From: Shigella phage Sf21
Sequence record: MF327007
DNA length: 64,000 nt
Direction: 5' to 3' (one strand)
Positions 27,795 to 36,644 of the stretch are shown here, piece after piece. The notes beneath the pieces are model-generated. The model was not told where the DNA came from and did no database searches. It saw only the letters and a list, made by a program, of their open reading frames with translations. The position numbers were made by a program, and so were the translations under genes. Numbering within the stretch: position 1 is the first letter of the stretch; each line of letters begins with the position of its first letter.

Positions 27795-28008
27795 ATTTTA
27801 CTTCCTCACCTGTTCCCAAATCATATTCAACTAAACGAATAGGTTCATGAATGCCATATCCTTGAACAGAAATTTCTGTCGTAGGATAAATTCCATTAAT
27901 ATCACCCATGTTCCATGCTTCGTTAAATTGCTGTTCGCCTGAATTACTAAACCACTCGGCGAAAGCATTTAGCACATCTTCAGAACCTTCAATAATTATC
28001 TTTGCCAT
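27787..28008 (-). CDS. Hypothetical protein (73 aa)
   Basis: ORF on gene strand. Confidence 0.5.
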   Translation of the reverse strand: MAKIIIEGSEDVLNAFAEWFSNSGEQQFNEAWNMGDINGIYPTTEISVQGYGIHEPIRLVEYDLGTGEEVKYD

Positions 28009-28370
28009 TACAAACTCTCGGTGAAGGTACGAGCGATAACGTCGCGCTGCTGTTCCGGAGTCAGAGAGTTAAAGCGAACTGCATAACCGGATACACGGAT
28101 GGTCAGCTGCGGATATTTTTCCGGATGCTTAACTGCATCTTCCAGAGTTTCACGACGCAGAACGTTAACGTTCAGGTGTTGACCACCTTCAATTTTAACT
28201 GTAGGCTGTTGCTCAATTTCAATTTCACGGGCATGCAAACCATAGAAAATTTCTGGGTCTACAAAAGAGTCCTCTTTAAAGGTTTTAGAGACAATAATTC
28301 GTGCTTGAATACCATCTTCAAAATAAATAGTACCTTTATGTGTGCCTTCAAGAATTTGATATGCTTTCAT
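28008..28370 (-). CDS. Autonomous glycyl-radical cofactor (GrcA/YfiD-like)
   Basis: C-terminus ...[60 protein letters not shown] is a glycyl-radical domain (RVSGY); 3' half of the gene is GC-rich relative to the phage. Confidence 0.85.
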   Translation of the reverse strand: MKAYQILEGTHKGTIYFEDGIQARIIVSKTFKEDSFVDPEIFYGLHAREIEIEQQPTVKIEGGQHLNVNVLRRETLEDAVKHPEKYPQLTIRVSGYAVRFNSLTPEQQRDVIARTFTESL

Positions 28371-28376
28371 ATAACC

Positions 28377-28757
28377 TCAATTAGAAAATAAATTTATCCA
28401 AGATTGTTCTTTAATTAAAAATGGCTCAGAATCATATGCCATTAAACTCTGTGTGATTAGTCCTTTAAAAGGCCCATCAATAAATTCCATGGTAAAATAT
28501 GGAATTTTATTCATTAGCCGTGCATTAGGAGCCGTGCACAAAGCTCTGCATCCTTTGAATACGCCTTTTTGTAATTTGTATTGCTTGGGATAAAATTCGC
28601 TCAAAATGTTATTTTTTGCCAAAATTTCAAAATGATTCACCAATTTATTTTTAATAGTTTTTGGCGAAAAATAAAGATATTCGAAAAGCTGAGTGTCTGT
28701 CATCATTGCATTCCGATTACGAAAAACTGTGGACGAGTAATACCACCAATGCAACAT
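28377..28757 (-). CDS. Hypothetical protein (126 aa)
   Basis: ORF on gene strand. Confidence 0.5.
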   Translation of the reverse strand: MLHWWYYSSTVFRNRNAMMTDTQLFEYLYFSPKTIKNKLVNHFEILAKNNILSEFYPKQYKLQKGVFKGCRALCTAPNARLMNKIPYFTMEFIDGPFKGLITQSLMAYDSEPFLIKEQSWINLFSN

Positions 28758-29290
28758 TTACTATTACAGCAGTGTTGCACAGTTTCAATATGAATATCGT
28801 AAATTTTATCCATATCAGGAGATTTAACAGGCTCATCGATTATATACAAAATTCGCGAAAGAGATAAACCTCTGAACTTGCTTCCTTTATTACCGATAAA
28901 ACTACGGACAGAATCAGTAAATAAGCGGAATCGAATATCATCACTAGAATAACGAGAAAATTCTTTTTTAATGTGGCCTGCAGAAATTTTAGCGTAAGCT
29001 GAAGTATTAGAAAGAACAATAACTGTTCCACCGTCATACAGCCAATTAGCAGCAAAGTTAGTCACAGCAGTTGATTTACCAGATTGGCGTCCACCATCTA
29101 GTCGAAGTGTACAATATTGTTTAAGCAAGTCTTCAAATGGTGGGATATAATCGTTTTTACAAATTTCTTCTACTCTAGCATCAGAATGGTGTGTAAAAGC
29201 ATTCATCAGGGATAGATAAGGACCAGTTAAAAATGTTCTCATTTTATTCTCTCTAAATTTGGGCCATTCCATGGCGCATGAATTGTCCAT
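28703..29290 (-). CDS. Hypothetical P-loop protein (195 aa)
   Basis: GGRQSGKST Walker-A-like motif. Confidence 0.5.
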   Translation of the reverse strand: MDNSCAMEWPKFRENKMRTFLTGPYLSLMNAFTHHSDARVEEICKNDYIPPFEDLLKQYCTLRLDGGRQSGKSTAVTNFAANWLYDGGTVIVLSNTSAYAKISAGHIKKEFSRYSSDDIRFRLFTDSVRSFIGNKGSKFRGLSLSRILYIIDEPVKSPDMDKIYDIHIETVQHCCNSKCCIGGITRPQFFVIGMQ

Positions 29291-29395
29291 TTCTGTATTT
29301 ACCCATTACCGCACTTGGGCTCGACCTTATTACAGGTTGGCGGGAATCCCTCATAGAATCATGAGGTCCAGCTTGTTCCCATATTTCTTATTTGC

Positions 29396-29869
29396 TTATT
29401 TGAATGATTTGACGTACTGAATAGAGCCTTTGCTATTCACGAAAGCGATTTTACCATTTTTATTATACATGGTAGCAGTACGCTGATAACCATAAGTTTG
29501 TTTACCAGATTGATAACCAACTAATGCAAAATTATCTTCGCCCATTTTATTCTGTTTGGCGCGGATACGTTCATGACCGTGTGCCATAAGAACCTTAGCG
29601 TCGCCAGTTGCAATGGATCTACGAGTTTTTTCATCTTCAACTGTATTAACAAAATCGTCAAATGAATCAAATTTAGCATGAGATTTATTATACAGTTTTC
29701 CATCTACTGCATAATTATATCCCTGTACATCCATCTCAACTTCTGTACCATCATCTAATACAGCAGTGATTTTTTGACCTTTTTTAAATTTCAAAAGATC
29801 AGTAAAAGATTCAGCAATAATTTGAGAATTAATAGCTGCTTCAGTGATAAATTCTTGATATGTTTTCAT
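29396..29869 (-). CDS. Internal protein (capsid-targeted, injected)
   Basis: N-terminal capsid-targeting sequence MKTYQEFITE; basic 157-aa body; adjacent to denV. Confidence 0.7.
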   Translation of the reverse strand: MKTYQEFITEAAINSQIIAESFTDLLKFKKGQKITAVLDDGTEVEMDVQGYNYAVDGKLYNKSHAKFDSFDDFVNTVEDEKTRRSIATGDAKVLMAHGHERIRAKQNKMGEDNFALVGYQSGKQTYGYQRTATMYNKNGKIAFVNSKGSIQYVKSFK

Positions 29870-29878
29870 GTGTTTCCT

Positions 29879-30295
29879 TTAAATGTAAATATTTTTGCCG
29901 TAGTATTTATACCAGTGTGGCTTCATTAAAATTTTTTCATCGAGTCGTTGTTGACTCAATTTAATAGCCGATTTGCATGGGTTATAATCATTTTTCCATT
30001 CTGCTGGAATATCGCTGATGTCAGGAACTTCAGTATCTTTTATACTAAACCCACGTTTTAAGCATTCCGTTATAATGTCTGATTGACGCTTTCGCAAAAA
30101 TTCTAACTTATCGTAAAAGAAAGTAACATGACCAGAACCTAAAATAAACTCGGAAGATATTTTAAAATCTTTAACCCGCTTACCATTTGCAACATGTTTA
30201 CGAACTATACCAAAAACACGCGGCAATTCACGGTATTCTGCGATTAAATGTTGATCAGCAAGTTCAGATACTAAAGTCAAATTAATACGAGTCAT
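29879..30295 (-). CDS. denV: Endonuclease V (pyrimidine dimer DNA glycosylase)
   Basis: 138 aa, [29 protein letters not shown]... Confidence 0.93.
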   Translation of the reverse strand: MTRINLTLVSELADQHLIAEYRELPRVFGIVRKHVANGKRVKDFKISSEFILGSGHVTFFYDKLEFLRKRQSDIITECLKRGFSIKDTEVPDISDIPAEWKNDYNPCKSAIKLSQQRLDEKILMKPHWYKYYGKNIYI

Positions 30296-30354
30296 TTTAT
30301 CCCTCCAAGTAACTGTGAATATACTATCACAATTCTAGGAGAAAGTAAACAACT

Positions 30355-30885
<531 letters not shown>

Positions 30886-31341
30886 TTAAAAGAGGTTGTT
30901 CATTATTCGGTAAAGTGAAGGACCCATCACATATTGCCACTGAGTACGAGGAATAAGAGCAAAAGCATCCATCTCTGGAATCATAACGCCATCTTTATTT
31001 TCAAAATAAGACTCGCAGCGGCAATTTCTAAACATCTCATGCTCTACTGGAATCGTATAATAAAATAATTGTAGGTCTTTATTACTAGAATATTTAAATA
31101 CACCTAGGTCTTCTAAAAGGTCTGGATTATAATTGCTAAAACCGGTCTCTTCTAAGCATTCTCTTTTTGCAGCTTCCAGTGCATTCAAATCAGAATTTTC
31201 TACGCGGCCCTTTGGAATATCCCAACGATGTGCCATCATTCCAGGCTTACGAGAACCAGTAACCCGACCCATAAATAAATCTTTATCTTCTGCCATAAAG
31301 ATAATACCAGCTGATAATGTTTTCATTTTAATTTCCTGCAT
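30886..31341 (-). CDS. nudE: Nudix hydrolase
   Basis: Nudix box GRVENSDLNALEAAKRECLEETG; 151 aa directly downstream of e. Confidence 0.85.
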   Translation of the reverse strand: MQEIKMKTLSAGIIFMAEDKDLFMGRVTGSRKPGMMAHRWDIPKGRVENSDLNALEAAKRECLEETGFSNYNPDLLEDLGVFKYSSNKDLQLFYYTIPVEHEMFRNCRCESYFENKDGVMIPEMDAFALIPRTQWQYVMGPSLYRIMNNLF

Positions 31342-31826
31342 TCAGTGATAAAGTTATTTAAATTTTGAGCATATTTCTTTTCATCAAAAATCTTTTGTTG
31401 TCTGCGTAACCGCCATGGCATTTCAATGAACACACACCATATTCCGGATAATATTGCTGCAGTAAAAATATTAACAAATATAGTACAAAGAGCCCAATCT
31501 CCTATTCTGTCCATTGGATTTTTTCCAAAGAAGTAAAATACGAATGATGACGCAGGAAGACTAATGATATACCACAGAAGCATATTCTTATCCGTAAACC
31601 ATTCAGCGTTCGTTAACTTAGCACGACCGTTTTGAATACAAACGAATTTATCGTCTGTTACAGTAGATGGCTTAACTGCTTGATATCCCATTCTAAACTC
31701 CCTAATCAACAAATTTTTCATATCTTCGGAACAGCCATTCCAATCAACTCTATCAACTGGAATGCCATCATCCCCATCATCTAAATCATACCAGCGAGTT
31801 TTTAAAATCATCTGATTTTCCTGCAA
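31323..31826 (-). CDS. Membrane protein (167 aa)
   Basis: Two or more hydrophobic helices. Confidence 0.55.
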   Translation of the reverse strand: MQENQMILKTRWYDLDDGDDGIPVDRVDWNGCSEDMKNLLIREFRMGYQAVKPSTVTDDKFVCIQNGRAKLTNAEWFTDKNMLLWYIISLPASSFVFYFFGKNPMDRIGDWALCTIFVNIFTAAILSGIWCVFIEMPWRLRRQQKIFDEKKYAQNLNNFITECRKLK

Positions 31827-32170
31827 TCACTCACAAACTCTTTCATTGCTTCATTTTCAATATAAGAAATGTAGCTATTATATTCCTTTAATTGTATTTT
31901 GTAATCCTTTTTTCTTTGCCAATTTATTTTAAAATTATCATAATGAAAATATAAAATGATACCAAAGAATGAAAACAATGAAATAATTTTAGTATAACAA
32001 AGCTCACTCCAAACTTCTGTTATATTTACTGTGCCGTCGATGTTTAAAATAAAACAGTCAATCATTAATCCAATAAGACTACCTGTAAGAGCTGCAAATG
32101 CTGATATGGCAAGAATTAATAGTGCCTCTGGAAACGAATATTTGACTTTATTTAGTTTTGGCTTTTGCAT
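31808..32170 (-). CDS. Membrane protein (120 aa)
   Basis: Hydrophobic helices. Confidence 0.5.
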   Translation of the reverse strand: MQKPKLNKVKYSFPEALLILAISAFAALTGSLIGLMIDCFILNIDGTVNITEVWSELCYTKIISLFSFFGIILYFHYDNFKINWQRKKDYKIQLKEYNSYISYIENEAMKEFVSDCRKIR

Positions 32171-32565
32171 CGTGATTCCTTAACAAATTTCATAATTTCA
32201 TTAAATTCATACGCAGCAAGTTTAAGCTGATGTTCCTTTTTAATCTTTTTACACTGAGCTTTCCATTCGCGTACGCGTTTACGATAGTGTCTTCCTTGAT
32301 ACCAGTATCCTACCCAATTTACAGGTACTAATAAAAATGGAACTACTAATGGAAGAATTAATACTAACAGAAATACTGTGTCTGATTCAATATCAGTAGT
32401 AACATCTATAACTATTCCAATAATCATTAGGATTATAAATGATACAGCTGTCACAGGACCTACTAATACATCAGTAGGAATTAGCTGGCGCTTTAATTCA
32501 TACTTCAACGGTTTACTTGGAAGGTATAGTGATGGTTTTGACATATTCTCTACATTCCTTAACAA
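32152..32565 (-). CDS. Membrane protein (137 aa)
   Basis: Hydrophobic helices. Confidence 0.5.
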   Translation of the reverse strand: MLRNVENMSKPSLYLPSKPLKYELKRQLIPTDVLVGPVTAVSFIILMIIGIVIDVTTDIESDTVFLLVLILPLVVPFLLVPVNWVGYWYQGRHYRKRVREWKAQCKKIKKEHQLKLAAYEFNEIMKFVKESRCKSQN

Positions 32566-33127
32566 ATTTTTCTAGTAATAAATCGCTTTCAAAATTGGGA
32601 TTTTCTACGAATTTATCAAAAAGATCATCAACAATAGTTAAGATATTCTTTTTACTAAGAATACGTTTATTTTCATGCTTCGTTTCAGAATCAACTATAA
32701 GAGTAAAGAAATATTTCTTGCCCTGAAATTTTACCGTAGTATCAATATAGAATAAATTTGACTTTTGTAAATTACGTTTAAACCATGCATCACTTAAACT
32801 ATAAACGCCAAGATAATCATAATCGTCGTTTAAATAACAAACCGTCCATTCAGGAGAAATGAAATCAGTAAATTCAACATCAAAATCACACGTCAATGAA
32901 TGAATTGATTCAATACTGTTAATGAGTATTCCAGGACGTATTAAAGACTTTTTACCTTTAGAAAATCTTCCGGAAAGGCTTTCATCAGTTTCATATGAAG
33001 ACCCCCAATAGTAATTACGTCCTTCTGCCATGCGTTTAAGAGCATTTAGTAATTGGTCTGGAACATCAACCTGTCTTTGGAACTCTTCAAACATTGAATT
33101 GAAATCACTTTGCATTTTCATTTTCAT
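32513..33127 (-). CDS. Hypothetical protein (204 aa)
   Basis: ORF on gene strand. Confidence 0.55.
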   Translation of the reverse strand: MKMKMQSDFNSMFEEFQRQVDVPDQLLNALKRMAEGRNYYWGSSYETDESLSGRFSKGKKSLIRPGILINSIESIHSLTCDFDVEFTDFISPEWTVCYLNDDYDYLGVYSLSDAWFKRNLQKSNLFYIDTTVKFQGKKYFFTLIVDSETKHENKRILSKKNILTIVDDLFDKFVENPNFESDLLLEKFVKECREYVKTITIPSK

Positions 33128-33144
33128 TCCTATTTACTCCAAGT

Positions 33145-33166
33145 ATAAGGGGCCGAAGCCCCTTAT
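33145..33166 (-). terminator. UUCG-tetraloop hairpin (minus strand), stabiliser or terminator
   Basis: Minus strand AUAAGGGGC-UUCG-GCCCCUUAU; no clear U-run. Confidence 0.45.
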
Positions 33167-33168
33167 CA

Positions 33169-33762
33169 TTATTTCAGAGAATTAATGTATTCCTGAACAT
33201 CGGCAGAGGTAGTTTCAACCCCAGAAATATTACCGTTAAAGGTTTCAACTCGAGCAAGGGTATCTTCAATATCAACCTTAGTCAGTGCTGCAATTTCAAC
33301 TACATCATCAGCAGTACTAATTCCAAGGGCATTCGCAGCACGAGTTTCACGGATATATTCCAATTTAACTGCAAGTTCTTGGCGAGCATCATCTAACTCA
33401 ACTACTTTCTTGGCGATTTCAATTCGCATTTCAGCATAACCATCAGCTTTAGTAGTCAACTGCTCAGCTGTTCGACGATATAGTAAACCAAGTTTAGCAT
33501 GCATTGTTACATCTTGACCTTCCGAAAGAAGCTTGCGAATTTCACGCTCTTTTGATTCGGCCTGCTTATTCTTTTCGACAATAAGTTCACGAATACGCTT
33601 TTCTTCATTAATAGATTTAACAGAAGCAGTTTTTAGATCTTTAATCTTATCAAGTAGTTTTGCTGCTGCAGCAGTATACTGTTCTTCAACAGATAGATTT
33701 TTAGCCATAGCAGAACCAAGTTTAGTGCGAATAAACTCAACAATTTTCTTCAGTGTGTTCAT
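33169..33762 (-). CDS. Coiled-coil protein (197 aa), possibly PspA/IM30-like
   Basis: Extended coiled-coil sequence; followed by UUCG hairpin; family assignment tentative. Confidence 0.55.
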
Positions 33763-33805
33763 AGTATTTCCTTAGGTTAATTAAGATTTAAAATCCATGA
33801 GAGTA

Positions 33806-33982
33806 TTATACTCCGGATAGTTTGTAAACTATTTCAACATCGCCTTTTGCTGCTTTATAACCTTCAGCCCAAGATACAACCGAGTTTTTATCTGAAGATT
33901 CAAATTCTGGCATTGGGCTTTCGCCAATGTTCACGCAGTATGTTTCTTCATTTTCGTCGAACCAAATAATTAAAGTAGTCAT
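33806..33982 (-). CDS. Small hypothetical protein (58 aa)
   Basis: ORF found by manual translation (MTTLIIWFDENEETYCVNIGESPMPEF...). Confidence 0.3.
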   Translation of the reverse strand: MTTLIIWFDENEETYCVNIGESPMPEFESSDKNSVVSWAEGYKAAKGDVEIVYKLSGV

Positions 33983-34051
33983 TTATTTCTCCGTTTCTGT
34001 ATTTGTTTTTGATAAGTCTATAATAACACCGTCCTTGGTGTTTGTACACAA

Positions 34052-34327
34052 TTATTTCATATTATTGAAATATTCTTCTGCGATTTCGTCGTTATCATGG
34101 TAAACTTTAGAAGACAGTTTAACATAACCTTCTGCCGTGAACATGTTAATCACAACCTTTACAGTATACCACTGACCGTCTTCATTACCCATTACTGCGT
34201 AAGTTTCAAACATCGGATGATCAGGACCGATAACTTTAATATCATTCACTGTACGACCGAAATCTTCTGAAACACATTTCATAAAGAAGTTGAACAGTTC
34301 GCCGTAATTATCCATTTCATTCTCCAA
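34052..34327 (-). CDS. Hypothetical protein (91 aa)
   Basis: ORF about 30 nt downstream of an early promoter. Confidence 0.55.
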   Translation of the reverse strand: MENEMDNYGELFNFFMKCVSEDFGRTVNDIKVIGPDHPMFETYAVMGNEDGQWYTVKVVINMFTAEGYVKLSSKVYHDNDEIAEEYFNNMK

Positions 34328-34358
34328 ATTGTTTTCTGTATCAGTAGTTGATAGTTGT

Positions 34359-34388
34359 ATAGTACCATGGAAGAACAGGGATGTAAAC
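34359..34388 (-). promoter_or_regulatory. Early promoter (GTTTAC -35, 18-bp spacer, TACTAT -10)
   Basis: Same architecture with A/T-rich UP element; drives 34052-34327. Confidence 0.65.
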
Positions 34389-34521
34389 AGTTTTGTGAAA
34401 AAATTTTTTAAAAAGTTTTAGGGAATTCTAGGGTCAGGAGGGACAATTAAAAGGTAGGATAATATATTATAAAGGGTATAAACTAAATGATGCCCAGAGA
34501 GGCCCGGAAAGGCCTAGATAC

Positions 34522-34549
34522 CAAAAAGCCCCAACCTTTCGGCTGGGGC
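34522..34549 (-). terminator. Rho-independent terminator (minus strand) after the internal-protein-like gene
   Basis: Minus strand GCCCCAGCC-GAAA-GGTTGGGGC followed by UUUUU; near-identical to the hairpin at 35077-35104. Confidence 0.7.
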
Positions 34550-34557
34550 TAAGAATG

Positions 34558-35031
34558 TTATTTGATTTGTTTAGCAGACCAAATGCGGTCTTTAATAATT
34601 TTTTGGATGTCTTCAACATATTCAAGAGAGTGAACATGTGGGTTATCTTTGAAACTATAAGCACGAGCTAGCTTTTGGCCTTCAGTTTTGATTATCAAAA
34701 GTTCTTTAAGAATTGCTTCATACCTAGAGATAATTCCTTTAGCAATATTTTTTTCTTGTGCTGCTTTAGGATCAGCCTTAGGAGCAGGTTTACCTGAAGC
34801 CTTTGCAAAAGCAGCTCCAGTAGCAACTAAACTTTTCCAAGCCATACTAACTGCATTCCCTGTAAATCCTTCGGCTTTCATATCACGAGCAAATTGGAAT
34901 CGTGATTCATCGGAAGCATCTTTATAGGAATATTTACCCGCGGCAATGGCAGCTTTTGCAACAGCTTGAATTTCAGTGCTAGATGCTTCATTTAACACCG
35001 CTTCATTTAAAAATTGAGCATATGATTTCAT
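34558..35031 (-). CDS. Internal-protein-like protein (capsid-targeted)
   Basis: N-terminus MKSYAQFLNE resembles the IP capsid-targeting sequence; TATAAATA late promoter upstream; terminator hairpins on both sides. Confidence 0.6.
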   Translation of the reverse strand: MKSYAQFLNEAVLNEASSTEIQAVAKAAIAAGKYSYKDASDESRFQFARDMKAEGFTGNAVSMAWKSLVATGAAFAKASGKPAPKADPKAAQEKNIAKGIISRYEAILKELLIIKTEGQKLARAYSFKDNPHVHSLEYVEDIQKIIKDRIWSAKQIK

Positions 35032-35067
35032 CTTATTTCCTGTTTTAATTCGTGGTTTTAATATACT

Positions 35068-35075
35068 TATTTATA
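35068..35075 (-). promoter_or_regulatory. Late promoter (TATAAATA) for the internal-protein-like gene 34558-35031
   Basis: Exact TATAAATA on the minus strand about 37 nt upstream of the ATG. Confidence 0.55.
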
Positions 35076-35076
35076 C

Positions 35077-35104
35077 TAAAAAGCCCCAACCTTTCGGTCG
35101 GGGC
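35077..35104 (-). terminator. Rho-independent terminator (minus strand) upstream of the internal-protein-like gene
   Basis: Minus strand GCCCCGACC-GAAA-GGTTGGGGC followed by UUUUU. Confidence 0.7.
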
Positions 35105-35105
35105 T

Positions 35106-35414
35106 AAGCCTTGCGGCAACCTTGTCGGGGTTCCACCTGCTAAGGCAAGTGTTTGTACGAAACGCCGGGATTCGAACCCGGTTATTAAGCAGTTGACGCT
35201 ACTCAATATTTTTAAAAGGCCATATCTCGACCATATCCGAACGTTCCGTCAAAAACGCTACTCGGCTTACGGCAAAGATATTTCCTCGAATCGATAATTC
35301 GGTGCGCCGTTTCTGCTGTGATGTAAGAGGGCATCAATAAACGCAAAGATTATTAACGCAATTCCTTACTCAGGGAACATCAGTCCGACGACTTACCGGT
35401 AGCGACCCGGTTTC
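35106..35414 (-). ncRNA. Candidate small stable RNA region with tRNA-like T-arm
   Basis: About 300 nt without a credible ORF; minus strand CCGGG-TTCGAAT-CCCGG T-arm-like element with acceptor-like pairing (CGGAACG/CGTTTCG) but no CCA; bounded by a terminator at 35077-35104. Confidence 0.3.
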
Positions 35415-35765
35415 TTAATATTCTTTTAAAGCATCAATATGTTCACGGCGTTTACGCCATAAATCAATTGCTTCATACGCGGATTCAGCATTTCGAATTG
35501 GACGGCATTTATATAAAGATTTGTGATTTTGATATTGCGTAGATAACGGAATTTTATCTAAAAGGTCTTTACGTTCAAAGTATTCGTAACCATCTAAGCC
35601 AAATGAACGATTTTTGAGAAATTGCCAATGACCAAATTCGTTTTGAATATAAATATAATCCGCGTGTTGATAAAGTAAATTAATTTCACGAAATGAGATA
35701 TGTTTTTCATATTCATTGAAGTAAAATGTTAAATCATGAACTACTAAATAAACATTACTTTTCAT
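35415..35765 (-). CDS. Hypothetical protein (116 aa)
   Basis: ORF immediately downstream of the tRNA array. Confidence 0.55.
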   Translation of the reverse strand: MKSNVYLVVHDLTFYFNEYEKHISFREINLLYQHADYIYIQNEFGHWQFLKNRSFGLDGYEYFERKDLLDKIPLSTQYQNHKSLYKCRPIRNAESAYEAIDLWRKRREHIDALKEY

Positions 35766-35783
35766 ATTTTCCTCACTTATAAT

Positions 35784-35859
35784 TGGTCGAGGCAGTAGGG
35801 ATCGAACCTACGACCCAGGACTTAGAAGGTCCTTGCTCTTCCTTCTGAGCTATGCCCCG
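35784..35859 (-). tRNA. tRNA-Arg (anticodon UCU)
   Basis: Cloverleaf folded by hand from the reverse complement: acceptor CGGGGCA/TGCCTCG, anticodon loop CTTCTAA, T-arm GTAGG-TTCGATC-CCTAC, encoded CCA. Confidence 0.85.
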
Positions 35860-35863
35860 TAAT

Positions 35864-35939
35864 TGGGGTGACCGATGGGAGTCGAACCCATGACTACGAG
35901 AATCACAATCTCGAGTTCTACCAACTGAACTACGGCCAC
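35864..35939 (-). tRNA. tRNA-His (anticodon GUG)
   Basis: Acceptor GTGGCCG/CGGTCAC, anticodon loop TTGTGAT, T-arm ATGGG-TTCGACT-CCCAT, encoded CCA. Confidence 0.75.
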
Positions 35940-36033
35940 ATTAATACCTACTCCAACAATCAAGATGTCTTCACACGAAATTAAGAGAAGAGTGATCAGT
36001 TCAACCCCTATAATCGCGTCAAGTAGATATTAA

Positions 36034-36049
36034 TGTGACAGTTGTCACA
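36034..36049. promoter_or_regulatory. CRP-site-like palindrome TGTGA-N6-TCACA inside the tRNA array
   Basis: TGTGACAGTTGTCACA read directly; perfect half-sites with 6-bp spacer in the 114-nt gap between tRNA-Asn and tRNA-His. Confidence 0.3.
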
Positions 36050-36053
36050 AATT

Positions 36054-36129
36054 TGGCGGACGTGATAGGATTCGAACCTATAACCAATCGCTTAACAGGC
36101 GATCGCTCTGCCATTGAGCTACACATCCA
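36054..36129 (-). tRNA. tRNA-Asn (anticodon GUU)
   Basis: Acceptor GGATGTG/CACGTCC, anticodon loop CTGTTAA, T-arm ATAGG-TTCGAAT-CCTAT, encoded CCA. Confidence 0.75.
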
Positions 36130-36132
36130 AAT

Positions 36133-36219
36133 TGGTGGGGAGTGGTGGAGTCGAACCACCCGAGTCGCAATGACAATGAATTTACAGTCCACACCGCTAC
36201 CTCTACGGGATAACTCCCC
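36133..36219 (-). tRNA. tRNA-Tyr (anticodon GUA), long variable arm
   Basis: Acceptor GGGGAGT/ACTCCCC, anticodon loop CTGTAAA, T-arm GGTGG-TTCGACT-CCACC, 87 nt, encoded CCA. Confidence 0.7.
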
Positions 36220-36232
36220 CTAATTCTTAATT

Positions 36233-36307
36233 TGGTGGCCCTGGGTGGAATTGAACCACCATCTGGCGATTATGAGTCGCTTGCTTGAACCTTCCAGCTA
36301 CAGGGCC
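36233..36307 (-). tRNA. tRNA-Ile/Met type (anticodon CAU)
   Basis: Acceptor GGCCCTG/CAGGGCC, anticodon loop CTCATAA, T-arm GGTGG-TTCAATT-CCACC, encoded CCA. Confidence 0.75.
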
Positions 36308-36308
36308 T

Positions 36309-36384
36309 TGGTGCTGATTGACGGAATCGAACCGCCGACCTTCTCATTACAAGTGAGTTGCTCTACCTACTGAGCTAAATCAGC
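36309..36384 (-). tRNA. tRNA-Thr (anticodon UGU)
   Basis: GCTGATTTAGCTCAGTAGG...CTTGTAA...GGTTCGATTCC...AATCAGCACCA. Confidence 0.88.
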
Positions 36385-36389
36385 AAAAC

Positions 36390-36479
36390 TGGCGGAGGCG
36401 ATAGGATTTGAACCTATGAGTCGCCGGAGCGACTGCCGGTTTTCAAGACCGGTGCATTAAACCACTCTGCCACGCCTCC
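36390..36479 (-). tRNA. tRNA-Ser (anticodon UGA), long variable arm
   Basis: Acceptor GGAGGCG/CGCCTCC, anticodon loop CTTGAAA, 90 nt. Confidence 0.85.
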
Positions 36480-36481
36480 AG

Positions 36482-36555
36482 TCTCCGCGGCAGGATTTGA
36501 ACCTACGACATTCTGCTCCCAAAGCAGACGCTCTACCAAACTGAGCTACACGGAG
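36482..36555 (-). tRNA. tRNA-Pro (anticodon UGG), CCA not encoded
   Basis: Acceptor CTCCGTG/CGCGGAG, anticodon loop TTTGGGA, T-arm GTAGG-TTCAAAT-CCTGC; 3' end followed by CT not CCA. Confidence 0.85.
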
Positions 36556-36565
36556 TAAATTAAAT

Positions 36566-36639
<74 letters not shown>

Positions 36640-36644
36640 AAATT

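Noticed and set aside
29291-29395. GC-rich about 100-bp intergenic segment with a CCTCAT-N6-ATGAGG hairpin as a possible intron or small RNA
   Set aside because: Too short, with no recognisable group I intron elements or promoter/terminator pair; insufficient evidence for a feature call.
34528-35104. Near-identical 30-bp repeats as phage attachment or integration sites
   Set aside because: No integrase or recombinase nearby and the phage type is strictly lytic; the repeats are terminator hairpins with U-runs.
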